From Elusimicrobiota bacterium (GTDB lineage: Bacteria; Elusimicrobiota; Elusimicrobia; F11): a DNA stretch of 50,378 bases. Every line of letters starts with the position of its first letter. Within the stretch, counting starts at the first letter, position 1. The notes beneath the pieces are model-generated. The model made no database searches. It worked only from the letters and a program-made list of their open reading frames with translations, and was not told the origin of the DNA. Shown one piece after another: positions 50,310-50,378 of the stretch. A program made the position numbers and the translations under genes. The stretch is from positions 1 to 50,378 of the forward strand of contig JAYTIE010000261.1 in the NCBI GenBank assembly GCA_043732015.1. Reading direction: 5' to 3'.

Positions 50310-50378
50310 TTAACGCGCGGTGAATAGTGTGTAAATGATGAAAACCACCGTCGAAGGGCCATGAGGAAAGGATAAAGG
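50310..50378 (-). CDS. Possible 3' end (22 codons plus TAA) of an upstream minus-strand gene
   Basis: The minus frame open from the window edge reads PLSFPHGPSTVVFIIYTLFTAR*, with TAA at 50310-50312. This is the same frame as genes A and B. It is far too short to establish coding. Confidence 0.15.
   Translation of the reverse strand, partial: PLSFPHGPSTVVFIIYTLFTAR

Noticed and set aside
50283-50378. Sigma70-type promoter upstream of gene A (TTTACA ... TAAGGC on the minus strand)
   Set aside because: The -10 candidate is poor, only 96 nt are available, and the region may still be coding for an upstream gene.
1-50378. SecA/DEAD-like ATPase domains, Walker A (GxxxxGK[ST]) motifs, toxin tips (RHS core PxxxxDPxGL), tRNA/rRNA genes, CRISPR arrays, IS elements or inverted repeats
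   Set aside because: I looked for these by eye in both giant translations and in the short non-coding stretches and found none. Absence by eye is weak evidence, and a profile search could still reveal divergent versions.

Overview
GC-rich window (roughly 60% or more by eye, strong G/C preference at third codon positions on the minus strand). It is almost entirely filled by two enormous head-to-tail genes on the minus strand. Gene A (27042..50282) is the 7,746-codon ORF in the track. Gene B (1..26912) is NOT in the track. It is an uninterrupted minus-strand frame of at least 8,970 codons that runs off the left edge, so it has no stop in the window. I found it by translating the reverse complement: the frame is open throughout. 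Its first ~550 residues align with the N-terminus of gene A. The two proteins look like colinear paralogs: signal anchor, then a TraB/GumN/TIKI-like domain, then hydrophobic clusters alternating with beta-sandwich modules. After these come alpha/alpha-toroid-like modules, long beta-rich stretches, and a C-terminal unit of TM bundle, cytosolic domain and TM bundle. The motifs of that cytosolic domain resemble, in order and spacing, eukaryotic FKS/callose-synthase (GT48) beta-glucan synthases. Gene A also has about 26 copies of a 9-residue repeat (xxGxxWLxS/T). Gene B ends in HEAT-like repeats at the window edge. A 129-nt spacer separates the genes, and both are in the same reading frame. I saw no tRNA, rRNA, CRISPR array, IS element or near-identical DNA repeat. 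All long plus-strand ORFs (up to 934 aa) are antisense shadow ORFs of the giant genes. All domain calls come from reading the sequence and from remembered family signatures. No searches were run, and sub-feature coordinates are approximate (about +/-30 nt). Working hypothesis: a tandem pair of giant, membrane-woven polysaccharide (beta-glucan-like) synthesis and remodelling or surface-interaction proteins. This recalls the giant multi-TM genes reported from metagenomic bacteria, but I cannot assign taxonomy.
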